DNA from: Trichoplax adhaerens
Lineage: Eukaryota; Animalia; Placozoa
Length of the DNA: 64,000 nucleotides
Reading direction: 5' to 3'
Assembly (NCBI RefSeq): GCF_000150275.1
Contig: NW_002060953.1
Location: 1,275,693 to 1,339,692, forward strand
The notes beneath the pieces were generated by a model, which saw only the letters and a program-made list of their open reading frames with translations, was not told the DNA's origin and did not search any database. Positions 28,571 through 41,331 of the stretch are shown here, one piece after another. The position numbers and the translations under genes were made by a program. Numbering within the stretch: the first letter of the stretch is position 1; every line of letters starts with the position of its first letter.

Positions 28571-29122
28571 TGTAATGTGACTTAGAACTGTGATTGTAGA
28601 CTGTTAGCCATGTGTAGTATAATGTACGGTAGATATTTATCCTAAGAGATGTTTGGTAGCTAAAACTATAGACTGTAGTGGTATAGACTCTATACTAGAG
28701 TACAGATGACTATATACAGTAAGCTGTTGAGTTACTAATAAGGCTGTAGGTAAAAATAGAACTGTAAATCATATATTAGAATATAGTTAATTCATTGTAC
28801 TTTGGCTGGTGTGAATAATGTCTACGTAAATACTGTAGTCGTATCCATATTGGATTAATGATGGTCCGCAGTAGAACAGTCTTACTAAGAATAATTTAAC
28901 TAAGTTTAAAATAAGGTAAAAGGTTGCCATGCGGATTGTAGCTGCAAATGCTACGAAAAGTATAAAAGTATGCAACTTTAGATTATTCTGTTAGTTCGTT
29001 GTAGAAGTCTTTAGTAGTAGCATTCGACTAGAGTAGAGCTGTGTGTAGTAAATCTTTGTATAAGATTCAATAAAGCCCTTATTTTTCTAAAATTTGGAAT
29101 TTCGTGATCGGTATATATCACA
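28571..29122 (+). mobile_element. Solo LTR-like element, family B, 552 bp
   Basis: TGTAATG...TATCACA with exact TSD TTAGC; AATAAA at 29069. Confidence 0.9.
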
Positions 29123-29737
29123 TTAGCAAAACGTTTATATTGTCACCTCTGTTAGTTTATATATATAATTTAACCTGTATTAGGAACAAGTTTGTATCGG
29201 CTATATCAAGTCCTAAAATAGATCATGCACATATCCAAATTAAAAACTATCTTATCGTGATGCATTTACATGTCTAAATTAAGTAAGATATCATTCATCA
29301 CGGTAGATTCACAACCGTGACAGATAGTCTAACACCACTAACTGCTCTGCGTAGCAAATGAAAGGTGGCGCAGTTCGGTAATTGAGGGCAGTTGAAGTTA
29401 GAGAAGACGAGAAAAGTCTAGGATGATCAAGGGTTACCTCATTAATTGATGGTTTGATTGGTTGGGACAGTAGTTCTACCAGTATTTATTATTCGTAGAA
29501 GTTTTGCTAACATTGTTGTTTAAGTTATAATGAAGTCATGCTTTTCCCATGATTTATTTTGTGTGAACATAAATTGTTGATAGTTTAATTTAATATAGAA
29601 AATTTTATTTTTTTTGAAATCAATACTACTATTATATATATATTTAATCAATTATATATTGAAATTGGCAGACTCGTTCGAGAATTCCTTCAAATATTTA
29701 TCTATTAGAGGACATAATTAAATCGTATCAAAGCCAA

Positions 29738-29787
29738 NNNNNNNNNNNNNNNNNNNNNNNNNNNNNNNNNNNNNNNNNNNNNNNNNN
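29738..29787. other. Assembly gap (50 N)
   Basis: Run of N. Confidence 1.
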
Positions 29788-30923
29788 ATACTCTTTGCAC
29801 CCCATTTAATGTTATTATAATATGCTATTCGAGGCATATTATCATTTTCTTGCTTATTTTTATGTTCAAATAACACAATAATTCAGATATTTTTAATTGC
29901 GAAATTATGCATGCTCCTAAATGAGCAACATTTACTATTTTTCTTGGTATCTTAAAGGTTGCATTAACTAGTAGATGCTCTATAAAGGTCAAAAACATAA
30001 TATTAATGTATTTTCAAAACCGTAGATGAGAGTTCTAAAGAGTTCTAGGTGTTTGACTTTGATGATAGGCTAAAGTAATTGGGTTCTAGAAAAAAATTAA
30101 AAAATTTTAAATGTTGATTTAAATTTTTTGACTTTAACAGTAGGAATAGTTACATTTTGTCGCTTTAGATGCATTTTAGAGTGCACTTCTAGCTGCGAAG
30201 GTCTTTATAGAATTAGAAAGAATAGACTAATGCTCGTGCCTTACAGGGGATTCCAAGCAGAACGTATGTGTAGAGGAGATCGCCGGTTAAGCTAATCACG
30301 AAAAGAAAAGTACGTAAAATTTGTCCACACATTTTGTCCTCATCTATGTCACATATTTAATGTTTTCAATCTGTATATTCTAAGCAGAAATTGAATGTCT
30401 TCGACAGTACTGAAAATTAATTTAAATATGGATCTTATTTTTTGAAGGCCTCTTATGCAAAAAGTATATTATTATAGTCGTTGTCTGTAAGTAACAAATA
30501 ATCGAATGGTACAAATTTGATATATCTTTAAAAATTTTGATTATGGCCTTAGAGCTATAGGAGTATATATTACTATTATTCACAGTTGACTAATTAACTT
30601 TGAGTTTGATTTGTTTTTTGATGCTTTTATTCATTCTATGTTGTAGTTACTTTAATGATCCTTAACTCAGATAGATACAATTTATTCTTTCTTCTGTTAC
30701 CTGATGATATCAACTTCTTTTTATAGATTAGAAAATTTTCAGCGAATGTTGTTTGCAAGTTCATAGGTAATGAAGGCATAAAACTGGTAATGTAATTTAC
30801 AGCTTATAAAGTAATGGTTATGTATTACATACTATCACAAATTAGCTAGACTAAACAAACGAATTAAAAATCTGCTTTAACTATTAGTTTCATTAGCATT
30901 TTATAAACCATATGAGAATAACC

Positions 30924-32394
30924 ATGATAATGAACGAAATAAATAGCAGCAGGAGGGTGCTAGCCTATAAGTCGTGCTATCCTATATTTTATTTGGCATT
31001 TCTGGTCTATGTCTACCTTTATTCTTACTCTATGTTACGAAATTGTTGCTTTCAAAGAATCCCATCCAATTTGCTTCACCGCCGCATGTAGTGTACGGGT
31101 TGTTAGCAATAGGTTCGTAACCTGTCATCTCAAAATTCGGAGTTGTTCAAAACGTGCTAATCCCTAATGTGACACAAAATAGTCAACACCGAATAATAAA
31201 CTTGTAAAATTAAGTTTATTTACGTCCGTGCATTGTCCATCAGAGAAGAATTCCAATTTCTTCTCCTCATAATATCAGTCGAAAACGGCTAAGATAAACC
31301 TAATAGTCGACTTAGCCTCCGCGATAGCAATTCTATACAACTTATACAAATTATCATCAATTGCTCCTCTACAGCTGCTATCTGCCATCTGCCGAGCTTA
31401 AATACTCTTCGGCACCTGCTATCATATACGAGTCATAACAGTTCACGAAATTTAGATCATATAGGATAGCTAAATCAATGCAGAAATTATTCATAATCTT
31501 AGATATGTACTGAACGATTCTAGATAATTAGATTACAGTATGTCCATACACAGAATTATTTATAGTATCCTCTATAATTGAATATCTTAAGAATATTCAT
31601 CACAAGACAAGAGATATAAGACAGAATACTATAATCAATTAACATTAGTAAGCTTATGAGAACTCTAACTGCAGTGCAGCATAATTTACTGCAACAAAAT
31701 ACTAACTACCGTCGTTCTTACTGTCGCTCATCATTAGCTGTCTCCATATGTAAATGTTAACCACGAAATTTAGTTATTTACTCTTCACGGTGGTTTGTAC
31801 CGTGGCAGATGCTTCTATGTTCGATTTCGATTATATAAATTCTGATAATGGTCATCTCCGTTTTGAATATCTTTACCTTTCTTTGATTTTGAAAGTGCCC
31901 ATGATGACGAATCGATGTTTTGTGATATTTCTATCATCATCCGAAACGTTTCAATTTTTTAGTTGTCCTTGCCGTAACACCATACTTTGTTTCGTTGACA
32001 TTTTTAATATTAACATACTGAAAAATTGCTCGTTATATGAAAAGTTATGTTCAACCGAAGCATTTGGTTAATAATTACAAGGAATTAAGAAAACGAAAAT
32101 TAATAAAAACATTTATGGTAATAACCGCTTTATACGTATTTGTAACTAGGCCATTTTTTGTTACAATGCTATGCTTAGCGCTTACGGTACATTCACAGAG
32201 GGAGATAAAACATAAGCTCAGTTTATTTTGCTATGATATTTTTTGCGTTTACAACTACAGTCGCAATATCGATTGTCAATCCAGCTTCATTATTTGTATT
32301 TGATCAGGATATCAAAAAAGCTTCAAAAAAGCTATTAAGGGAAAATTCGAAATCCTGGCTATACCCTACCGAGAATAAGAGTCAGCTATTTTAA
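30924..32394 (+). pseudogene. Decayed class A GPCR of a different subfamily, interrupted by a solo LTR-like element
   Basis: Frame-hopping translation gives TM1-like FGISGLCLPLFLLYV, ECL2 MFCDIS, TM5 YFVSLTFLILTY*KIARYMKSYVQP, TM6 KLIKTFMVITALYVFVTRPFF and TM7 AISIVNP...FDQDIKK. Stops and frameshifts present; no TM3 recognisable. Confidence 0.75.
31168..31807 (-). mobile_element. Solo LTR-like element, family C, inside the GPCR pseudogene
   Basis: TGTGACA...CCGTGGCA; about 31385-31807 aligns with about 56120-56533; no matching TSD. Confidence 0.75.
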
Positions 32395-32661
32395 AAATTA
32401 TTCTTCGATACGTCAAGAGTATGCACATAGAGAAGTCGAATTTTAAGTTGTTACTGAATTTAAAGGAGCATACAATAATTGCTAAGTCAAAGCATTCTTA
32501 TATATACACTGGTATTCTTTTAAATCGTAAATGCCCTTTACTGATAGTGCACATTATTATTTAGGATAAATTAATAGCTTATTATCACATGAAACGATAT
32601 ATTTAAATGTTTGTTTTATCAATGTCACCGTTTAATGCCAGGACAAGTATTAGTGCATAGT

Positions 32662-33189
32662 CATGATAAAATTCAATCACGAAAATTCCAAAGTTCTAGA
32701 AAATTAGGACTTTATTAGATCTAATACAAAGACTGGCTACACACAACTCTACTCTAGCGGAATACAACTATTCAAGGATTTCTAGAAAGAACGTACTGAA
32801 TAGTCTAAAGTTGCTCACAGCCACAATCAGCATAACATCATTCTACCTTGATTTACACGTAGTCAAATTATTATTAGTGACAGCGACCATCATTAATCCG
32901 ATATGGAAGCAACTACAGTATTTCCGTGAATATTATTCTTAGCAGTCAAAATTCGCTAAACTAAGCATATTCTAATATATGAATTACAGTTCTATTTTTA
33001 CCTCTAGCCTTAATAGTAACTCTCCACTTTACTATATATAGTCATCAGTACTATAAGATAGAATCTACTATTACAGTCCATAGTAGCGAGCTACTAAATA
33101 CGTCTTAAGATAAATATAGAAAGTTACGCTTCCGTACATCTTACTAACATGGCTAAAAGTCTATAATCATAATAATAAGTTTTGTTACA
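32662..33189 (-). mobile_element. Solo LTR-like element, family B (diverged, inverted)
   Basis: Reverse complement aligns end to end with 28571-29122; flanks ATAGT/ATTGT. Confidence 0.8.
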
Positions 33190-34238
33190 ATTGTTTACGC
33201 TAGAATTATTTGAACTTTGTCTATGTAATCCACAGAAGATCCGTAACACAATATATGAAAGATTGTTGGTTATTTGCTTGGTATCCAATATGAATGTGTT
33301 GCATATGATGAAGATTGTATAATATTTAGCGGATAGCTTTGCAAATCGGAAAAGATTAAAGGATATAAATCTATTAAAACTACGTTTATGGTCAGTACCA
33401 TTAAATTAATAAGTAGTAAATTAATCAAAGTCTCATTTTGCTGTTTAAGCCAGTAGCAATGTCACGAGCTAGCAATAGCTCTAACTTGCAACAAGGATTG
33501 AGAGGATGGTTTCGATACTTTGCTACCGTTATTTGGAATACCGGACAATTGGTATTTCAAGGCAGATAGAATAGAACACAGCAAGACCTTCAAGATTTAT
33601 TAGAAAATCACAATCTAATTTATTGTCGGCGAACTCGCCGTTTATATAGGTTTCGGACCTAAAACCGGTTTAGCTACACAAATCACCTCGTCTATAAGGA
33701 ATTAACTAAATTAATACCCTAAAGAGATTTTATCTCTGCAGATTATATACAGTCTAATCCTATTAAATTTACTGTAACAGTATTAAAATAATCAATACTG
33801 CTTAATACTTTAACAGATACATATAAAGCTATTCTACTTAGACATTCCCTCTAAACTTAGGAATTGTACTTTGAACCTTAACAACTTAGAGGTGATAGAT
33901 ATCATCCAGATTGGCTGGTAGGCGATTACTATTTTAGTCTATGTAATCGTAAATTAATAATATCAACTGTTAACCTTTAAAATTACAATGAACGAGACCG
34001 TAAATCGTTTCTGAGATATATACACATATATAGAAATTAATGAAGAAGTAAAGTACACATCATGAGGATTACTTTCGTGATATACTGGTTAGCAATGTCA
34101 TATGATCTGTTTTCAAATAAATTATTTAAAGTATTTTGCGCCTGCAATTAATAATTACACTACCCATAAATTATTTATTACCTTTAAATATGCAGAAGGT
34201 GAACATATTTTGAAATCTTGAATATCACCCAGACTAGT

Positions 34239-34867
34239 TGTCACAAAACAGCTTTGCAACAAGATAACGTAATGTACGATCAATAAGTCATTTCCTAAAC
34301 CACGTATCAAGGAATGATATCTGCACTATCAAAAACGCTTTTGCTCTACTAGCAGACTACACAAAGACTTAAACGCCTCGTATTTTACATTAAACACTAA
34401 GTTTGAGAATCCACTTTATTACACGATATACTGCATTTATATACTATTCCTTAATAGTTCATGAGTCATAGTTAATACGATTAGCTTTGGAATCATTCAT
34501 TGAATTAGATATTAATTATAGCTACTGCTCCCTTATTGCAGACAACAGTATTTACGAACATAGACATCTGATGGCTAATACAGAATCGTCAGATTACGAT
34601 ATGTCCTATCACGGAACATTTCCACGATAATTTACAATCTATCATAAGTAAGTTACAATCACAATAATTCGAACTGTAAGCAGATGATTTGCATTCCCTA
34701 TTATAACTATTAATTTCAGTATGTGTATATGTGTCACTATCATAAAAAGTCAGTGCTAAATTAAAACACAGTATATTCAAATTAGAAGTAAACTTAATAA
34801 GTATAGGCTAATATAATTATCTTAACATAGATATTTCTACGCTAATACAGTAAATAACATTGTCACA
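34239..34867 (-). mobile_element. Solo LTR-like element, family A, 629 bp
   Basis: TGTCACA...TGTCACA with exact TSD CTAGT; three copies in the window. Confidence 0.9.
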
Positions 34868-35843
34868 CTAGTATAAATGTATCCTAATAGATTTTTACGT
34901 TAAACATTGCAGTAAAGGATTTTATAAACGCTGAGCAGTGAACAACGTGCTGTAACAGAAATCAGTATTTAGTCAGAAATTATATCTGCTTTAATTCTGT
35001 AGATGTTACCGTAATAAACTATAAATGGTCCGCCGAGTTACATTTCCTTAGAGAAAAAATGAAGGAAATATAGTATAACTTCGTTTTCTCTGAATGATAC
35101 CAAAAAACGTTGAAATATTACACAATTCTGTCAAACTCAATAAAAAGGCCGGTAAAATATATAAAAGCGTGAACTCGGAAGCACTCTTTCGATCTAGAGG
35201 AAATTTTATGCAATTCTGTCTCGTCTAAAACATTACAAGTAGCTGGTATGCCTGCAATTCATTTCTTAGAATTTTTTTGTTATCCTTTAAAGAATTTATC
35301 TGCCCGTCAATCACTATACCTGGGTTATTGGTATTTCATAAATAGTTTTGATTGGTAATAGTAAGTAGTTTAGATCATGGGATTAGCAAGAATTAAATCA
35401 TAAGCCACAAAATAGGCTCTCTTATTTCTAGCAAATAAGGCTGTAAGTAATGTAACGGCATATCATTAATAAGTTAATTAGCTAAATATCGTAATAGCAA
35501 TTTTATTATTGTTAATTCGGTTTCTGAAGTTCAATGACGTCAGTAATTAAGAAATTTTTAATTCGTTTATTAATCAATTAATGATCTTTGAACAATTGAA
35601 TTGATCTTGGAATCCAAGTTATCAATATTGCATAAAATTAGATCGTCTGATTCATTGAATAAATGCGATGATGTAGCAGTACTTATATACGATGTTTGAA
35701 TTTCAAGTCTTACTGGACTTTGGAAAACTATTGGATAACCTCTTCAAGCTGAAAAATATTTTGGAGCCTACTTCATTTTATTTTAAAGTTTATAATTCTT
35801 TAGTAAAACATTATTATAAAAAGTATTATTGAATACATGCAAT

Positions 35844-36782
35844 ATGTCGAATAGCACAGTGGTCTTACGTAATATTACTAATACTAGTATCGCCATTTAT
35901 CCCACCATTCTCAGAGATTTTGGCCTTGTTGTTGGATTTTTAACTTTAATCAATAACGGGATATTATTTTTGATAATGGTTTCATCTAAATCGCTAAAAA
36001 CGAATTCAAATATGATTATCAGCAGTTTATTTATCATTGGAGTATTTTATAGCTCGATTTATGTTATACCAAGCTTCGCACTTTCGCATTTTTTATTGGG
36101 AAAGTTCTGTGCTATTAGCAATGCAATTGGAATATCATTAGTGCTTAACTATAATTTACATCAATGTCTAATTAGTGTTGATCGATTTCTAGCCGTAAGA
36201 TGGCCACATCATTATAAAACACTAAAGGCTAAACATTATGCGGTTATAATCCTTCTAGTTTGGCTAGACGCTTTGGCTTCTCAGACTATCCCTTTACTAA
36301 CTTTTCGTAGATCCCAATTACAAGATTGCAGGATTCATCTAGCGAGTCTTCAAGCTGAACTACTATACGTTTTTTGGGTCTTCATATTTTGGTATTTAGT
36401 ACCTTTGCTAATTATGATTACTTGCTATATTTATATAATATACTTCATTTATAAAAGAAGAATCCAAATTAATCCTCGCTCTAGAATATTCGTTTACCAA
36501 AAATCAATTACTGCCAAAGATAATGCATTCCAAGCCACTATACAGATGGCTTTGTTAGCTGGCATATTTTTCGTATCTATGGCTCCGTTTATTTGCATAA
36601 TTACTTTATCTACTGCTATTCTTACGAGGCCTGAAGTAGAAGTCTATATTAAAGTAAGCTTCATCATCACTCTCTGTTTTCCTGCAATTAATCCAATATT
36701 ATACGCATATTTTGTTACCGGCATCAGACAAGTCGTCAATATGAAGGTCAAATCCATTCGAAAATTTTTAATTCGAAATTAG
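35844..36782 (+). CDS. Class A orphan GPCR 3, about 312 aa (ATG at 35844, MSNST...)
   Basis: ORF track starts at TTG 35829; first in-frame ATG is 35844. TM3 LNYNLHQCLISVDRF, TM7 PAINPILYAYF. Confidence 0.93.
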   Translation: MSNSTVVLRNITNTSIAIYPTILRDFGLVVGFLTLINNGILFLIMVSSKSLKTNSNMIISSLFIIGVFYSSIYVIPSFALSHFLLGKFCAISNAIGISLVLNYNLHQCLISVDRFLAVRWPHHYKTLKAKHYAVIILLVWLDALASQTIPLLTFRRSQLQDCRIHLASLQAELLYVFWVFIFWYLVPLLIMITCYIYIIYFIYKRRIQINPRSRIFVYQKSITAKDNAFQATIQMALLAGIFFVSMAPFICIITLSTAILTRPEVEVYIKVSFIITLCFPAINPILYAYFVTGIRQVVNMKVKSIRKFLIRN

Positions 36783-38695
36783 CATCGGTGATACTCACTA
36801 AAAATTACTTTAAATTGCAAAAATTTTCGTGTCAAAAGATTACTTAAATCATAAAAATTAGCATAAATAAACTAATATTAATTTTCTGTTATGTAGAATT
36901 CTCGCTTTTTGTGCTGCAATATTGCAAATTATCGAGTCTTAATGATTATTTTAATTCACTAATTAAATGTTCTACTCTAGCTGCCGCTATCGCACCTTTT
37001 TGGTAGTTATACGTTATTATATAATATTAAATGTAATACAGTCTTAGAAAACTCTGCTATAGTTGCTTATTAAAATCATATTTAAGAATCTCTTAAACTA
37101 GGATTCGCTAAAAATATCCAGTTTTCGAAAAATTTCTCGCACAATGCTCCTAATTTATATAAATCGTATCTATTTACAATAAAATTAACAACAATTTCGG
37201 AGGGTATCTTCGTATCGTTAATCATTTTAGCAATTTTTTTAGACTTTAATGGCAACATTTGTAGTGAAAGTATAACATTTACAAGTTCTTGGAAACATTT
37301 TACTTATATTTTTTATGATTAAATGTTGGTGATTATTTTGCAACTGATGTGCGAATGATTTTACATCCATTAAATAATGACACGTTAATGAAAGATGATC
37401 GCGGTCCAGATAAGACCGTAAACAAATGTAAAGTATATATGATTAATTAAACGTTTATAATATAATAACAAATGCTAAAGATAAATCTAACTCATATCCT
37501 TTGTCGATTTTTTTTGCTATTTTCGTGTTTGATATGTAACGGACTAAGCATTAAAATAAATCCTTCTGCACTTAATTTAACCATAAGAGATATAGACGAC
37601 AGATACAATCTAATAATTAATGAATTCATCAACATAACAACGGCTTGGCGGCGGATCAAAGTCCAAGTGAAAATCACCTTTCAGTATTTTATCTAGGCTA
37701 GCTATCATAAAGGTCATGAATGCCTTGTTTACAATTTAATTCTAAGTAAAGGGTATAATTATTTAAGTGAGTGTGTTTTTAGTGTATTTTTGTCAATATT
37801 TTTTCCAAACCGCGGACATGATAAAGCCATTTAATGAGATAAAAATTTAAACAATAAATGTAGCATGCTACATGATCTTGATATTCTCAAATTTCAATAT
37901 TGTCAAATTATAGCATTTGTACTTGATATGATTGATTATTGCACGCAGCAATGCTAGACTGGAGCATACCATTGCTAATTCTTAACTATTCAACAAGAAA
38001 TTCAGCTGTTACCGTTAATTCTAATTTATATAGAATTTGAGGGGACCCAATTTTAATTGTGAAATGTTTTATCGCCTAAATCACAAATAAGAAGTTCGTA
38101 ACATGGAATTAAGCAATATTTACCTGGATTCGTACTAATAAAATTTGTTGAATGATAAATGGCAATAGGGTATCAACCAGGATAAATGGAATAAATAATT
38201 TAAAAATCGATCAGAAATTCCTTATTATAATAGCTAAATTTTGTATCATTAAGTAATAATATGACAATTATCTTATTACTGTAGATTAATTTTATGAGTT
38301 TATTAACAAGACTAGTGAGAATTCCCCGTTCATATGAACGGAGAGAAAAAGAAATATAATAAAACTTTGACGATGTCATGTTTGTACGGTATACTTTAAA
38401 ACTATTTTCGAACAATGCCTAATTAGTATGGTACTCACAATCAGTTTTAAGTAACTATTGTGTAGCTGATTCGATTAACTAATTTACATGGTCATGGAAT
38501 ATTTTTACCGTAGATGTAAATATCTGCGTATACTTGGATACCTGAAATAGATCGCAATAACTATTGTTATTACTATCGTGAACTAATGTTGTGTAGATGT
38601 AACTTAATATAGTAGGTACTGTATTTTAAGATATACTGTACTTGTATATCAAATACTCAAGTCGTTTCCATCCATAAATCCAAGTGCAAGAGAAA

Positions 38696-39272
38696 CAGTA
38701 TAAAAGTAAGCGCGATCGCCGGGGTGGGTGCTGTGGGTACAGTGATGTATTTTACTATGGAGAGAAAAGAATTAAAGATCGAAATATCATCATAGCAGGA
38801 TTTATAGCGAAACCAATATGAGTAATGATACTCGAATCGACCATTACGTTCATGGTAATAAAAAAACAACGTCATCACCTCGAACGTTATAACAGTTACT
38901 ATAGATATTCCAAGCGTAAATTGCAATTTTGATATTTCAATCTTTCTTTAATTAAAGGTTAGAAATTAATAAGATAAGTACAGTAGTGATATTATATAAT
39001 ACTAATTCATATATCATTTTTTTAGTTAAAATTACAGGCTTCATTTGCTTAAATTAATTACCCGAAAATTGCTATTTCATTTTCTTAACCTCACTGATCA
39101 AGTTTCCTCAATTTTACGATTCTGCGCATTGACCAAAAGGGGAATACGCAATCTCATGCTTCTGCGCGTTGCCGACATACACGACCACGCAGTCGTAGTA
39201 AGGTGTTGATTGTGCGCAGTAATTACGAATCGTTTTGCGCAAGCGTATCCACACACAAAGCTTTATTATAAT
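38696..39272 (-). mobile_element. Possible degenerate non-autonomous Helitron
   Basis: Minus strand begins ...TATAATAAAGCTTTGTGTGTG (resembles animal Helitron 5' ends) and ends in a GC-rich imperfect palindrome CCCCGGCGATCGCGC about 12 nt before ACTGT; single copy, canonical TC/CTAG ends not intact. Confidence 0.35.
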
Positions 39273-41331
39273 GTGTTGTGATTGCTATAATTTTAGACAT
39301 GTAATACTTTTGCATACTATTAAAATGAAGTATCATCATATATGTGTAATTGATAAAATATCTTCGTTACGTTGAAGATGTTCCTTTAGAAATAGTTAAG
39401 GCTTGGTACTATTGATGGAACAATTAAAATCTTTATTATTGATAGTATATTATATACGGTTGATTTAAGTAAACATTATAATATTAAGAAATAAATGGTA
39501 ACGTCTGACTAAGAAAATATCGATTTCATAGCGCTTTGAATAACTTGAAAAAGAAGGATAAATTAGATAGGATTAATTGTTTTAGGACCGATTTCTTACA
39601 CTTCCATTTGGCCCAGTGTTAATTTTCAGTCAATATGGTCTTAGATTCCTTCGAAGTATTTCAGTATCTTTCATGTATTTATATCTTTCAGAATCTTTCA
39701 TGTTTTAATATCAGCAATACTTACAATGAGTATGGATTCATTACATCAGTAAACGATTACACAGGATGTTCTCATAGATTGTCATAAGAGATAGCAACAT
39801 TTTATTTCTGATAACATTTAAAGCTACAGGATTGATTATCGGTACTTTTAATCGCAAAGTTATTTCTGAGTCATTTGAAACTCTCGATATTAACTGAGCA
39901 GATATTATACAAACAAGTCATATAAAATCAATTGCAAGCTGCGATAGACGTGTATGGTTGCCCAGAAATTGCATAAATAGTTGTTATAATGTAAATATAG
40001 TTAAATTTTATTAATAAGATGGTCTAATCACTTATTTCGCTAGATATCCTTAGTTTGTTTTTGCTATGAAACATTATAGAAATGAAGAAACTGAAGGCAT
40101 TAAGTAGACATTCTATATTCATGTGTGGATGAAACAACGTTTATTAGATAATAGGTAGTAGAGATCCACGTGCGATACTACCTTAGTGTTTTTATTTACA
40201 TGACAGTAATATAAAATAATTATAATTGTTGAAAGAAAAATGAAAGAAACGTTATTTTGCTATTATAGTTATCATTATAGCTCTATCCAGCTATTGGGTA
40301 AAACACATATAAAAGCGATATTTCGCAGTTATAATTTATCAAGATTATGTTTATCTAGTAATTCGGCAACTTAGGGTGATACTAATTGATTCTCACCAAG
40401 TTTAATATTCCTTATTTCCTAGCACTTTGTAACTCTTTAATAATGTCTAGCTTTCTTCTATCCTTAGTTTTAGGCTAATTTTTCTCGATATTTTGAAAAT
40501 AACTATCAAAATTCAACAAATGTTTTACTAGTCAAATTAATAACCTCTTACCAAATTTATAGTGTTCCAGCTGTAATAACTACGGGAAGCTATGAATCAT
40601 TATTTTGCTTATTATTAATCTGCACAGAAAGACCTTAAATAAAAACCGATGCAGGATTTACGTAATTAACTGATAGGAAATATTTAAAATGTTATAATTC
40701 AGAAATTTCCATTTCAGAATTCGTAGAGTATTTTAGTCAAATGTTTTTTTCAATCATCTGAATTAGCACACGATATTTATCACAGCAACAAATAATCTTG
40801 CATTAAAGTAACGGAAGAAATATGTGCGTTCAGCTGTTTCAACAAAATATCTGTTAATATAAAGAATTGACCTCCAGCTGGTTAATTACATTATTCGAAG
40901 AAATTTACTTCAGTTTACATCACTATTTGCGCTATATAAATACTAAATTATTATTGAATGATATTATAAAATGATTGATAAAGTTGAACTTTAATTTATT
41001 CGTATCTGGAATAATTACATTATGGTCTACTTAAAAAGTAAAATATACGACAGGATCCTGTAAATGAGGCTTTAAATGAAGGAGTTCTTATTCATATTAG
41101 CGATCGATTTTGTGAAGTTTGTGCCCATGGTGACATGATTACGTAGATTTAAAAGAGAAATAATATCCTATGAACGATAAATTATCAGATTTGAAGTACG
41201 TGAATCATATCTAATGTAGTTTGCTTAATTCTAATTAATTATATAGTCAGAGTACGGACGGTACCCTTTTCCAGTCCAAAATAGTCGGCTCGTAACTTTT
41301 AGAGACTCATGTAGAATTTTCTAGGAAAATA

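Larger units (their letters stand above)
25140..30800 (-). pseudogene. Decayed multi-exon RIG-I-like receptor (RIG-I/MDA5/LGP2-type SF2 helicase plus C-terminal domain)
   Basis: Collinear minus-strand remnants: LPMNLQTTFA (30770-30741, cf. Walker A LPTGSGKTFV); VISLTGD (30299-30279, cf. MDA5 VIGLSGD); NMPRI...GAKS (about 29850-29790); KYLKEFSNE (29699-29673); spliced RDFNKG|EYDLLV (exon 26360-26281 joined to 25715); KSNPNSDIKFICVK, HHEVVDDSYK and *YDIKFLLLFELAD (25480-25145, CTD-like). Confidence 0.65.

Noticed and set aside
33460-34082. Possible LTR-like unit TGTCACG...CGTGATA; also a 46838-like end near 14430-14496
   Set aside because: No TSD and the opposite boundary could not be fixed.
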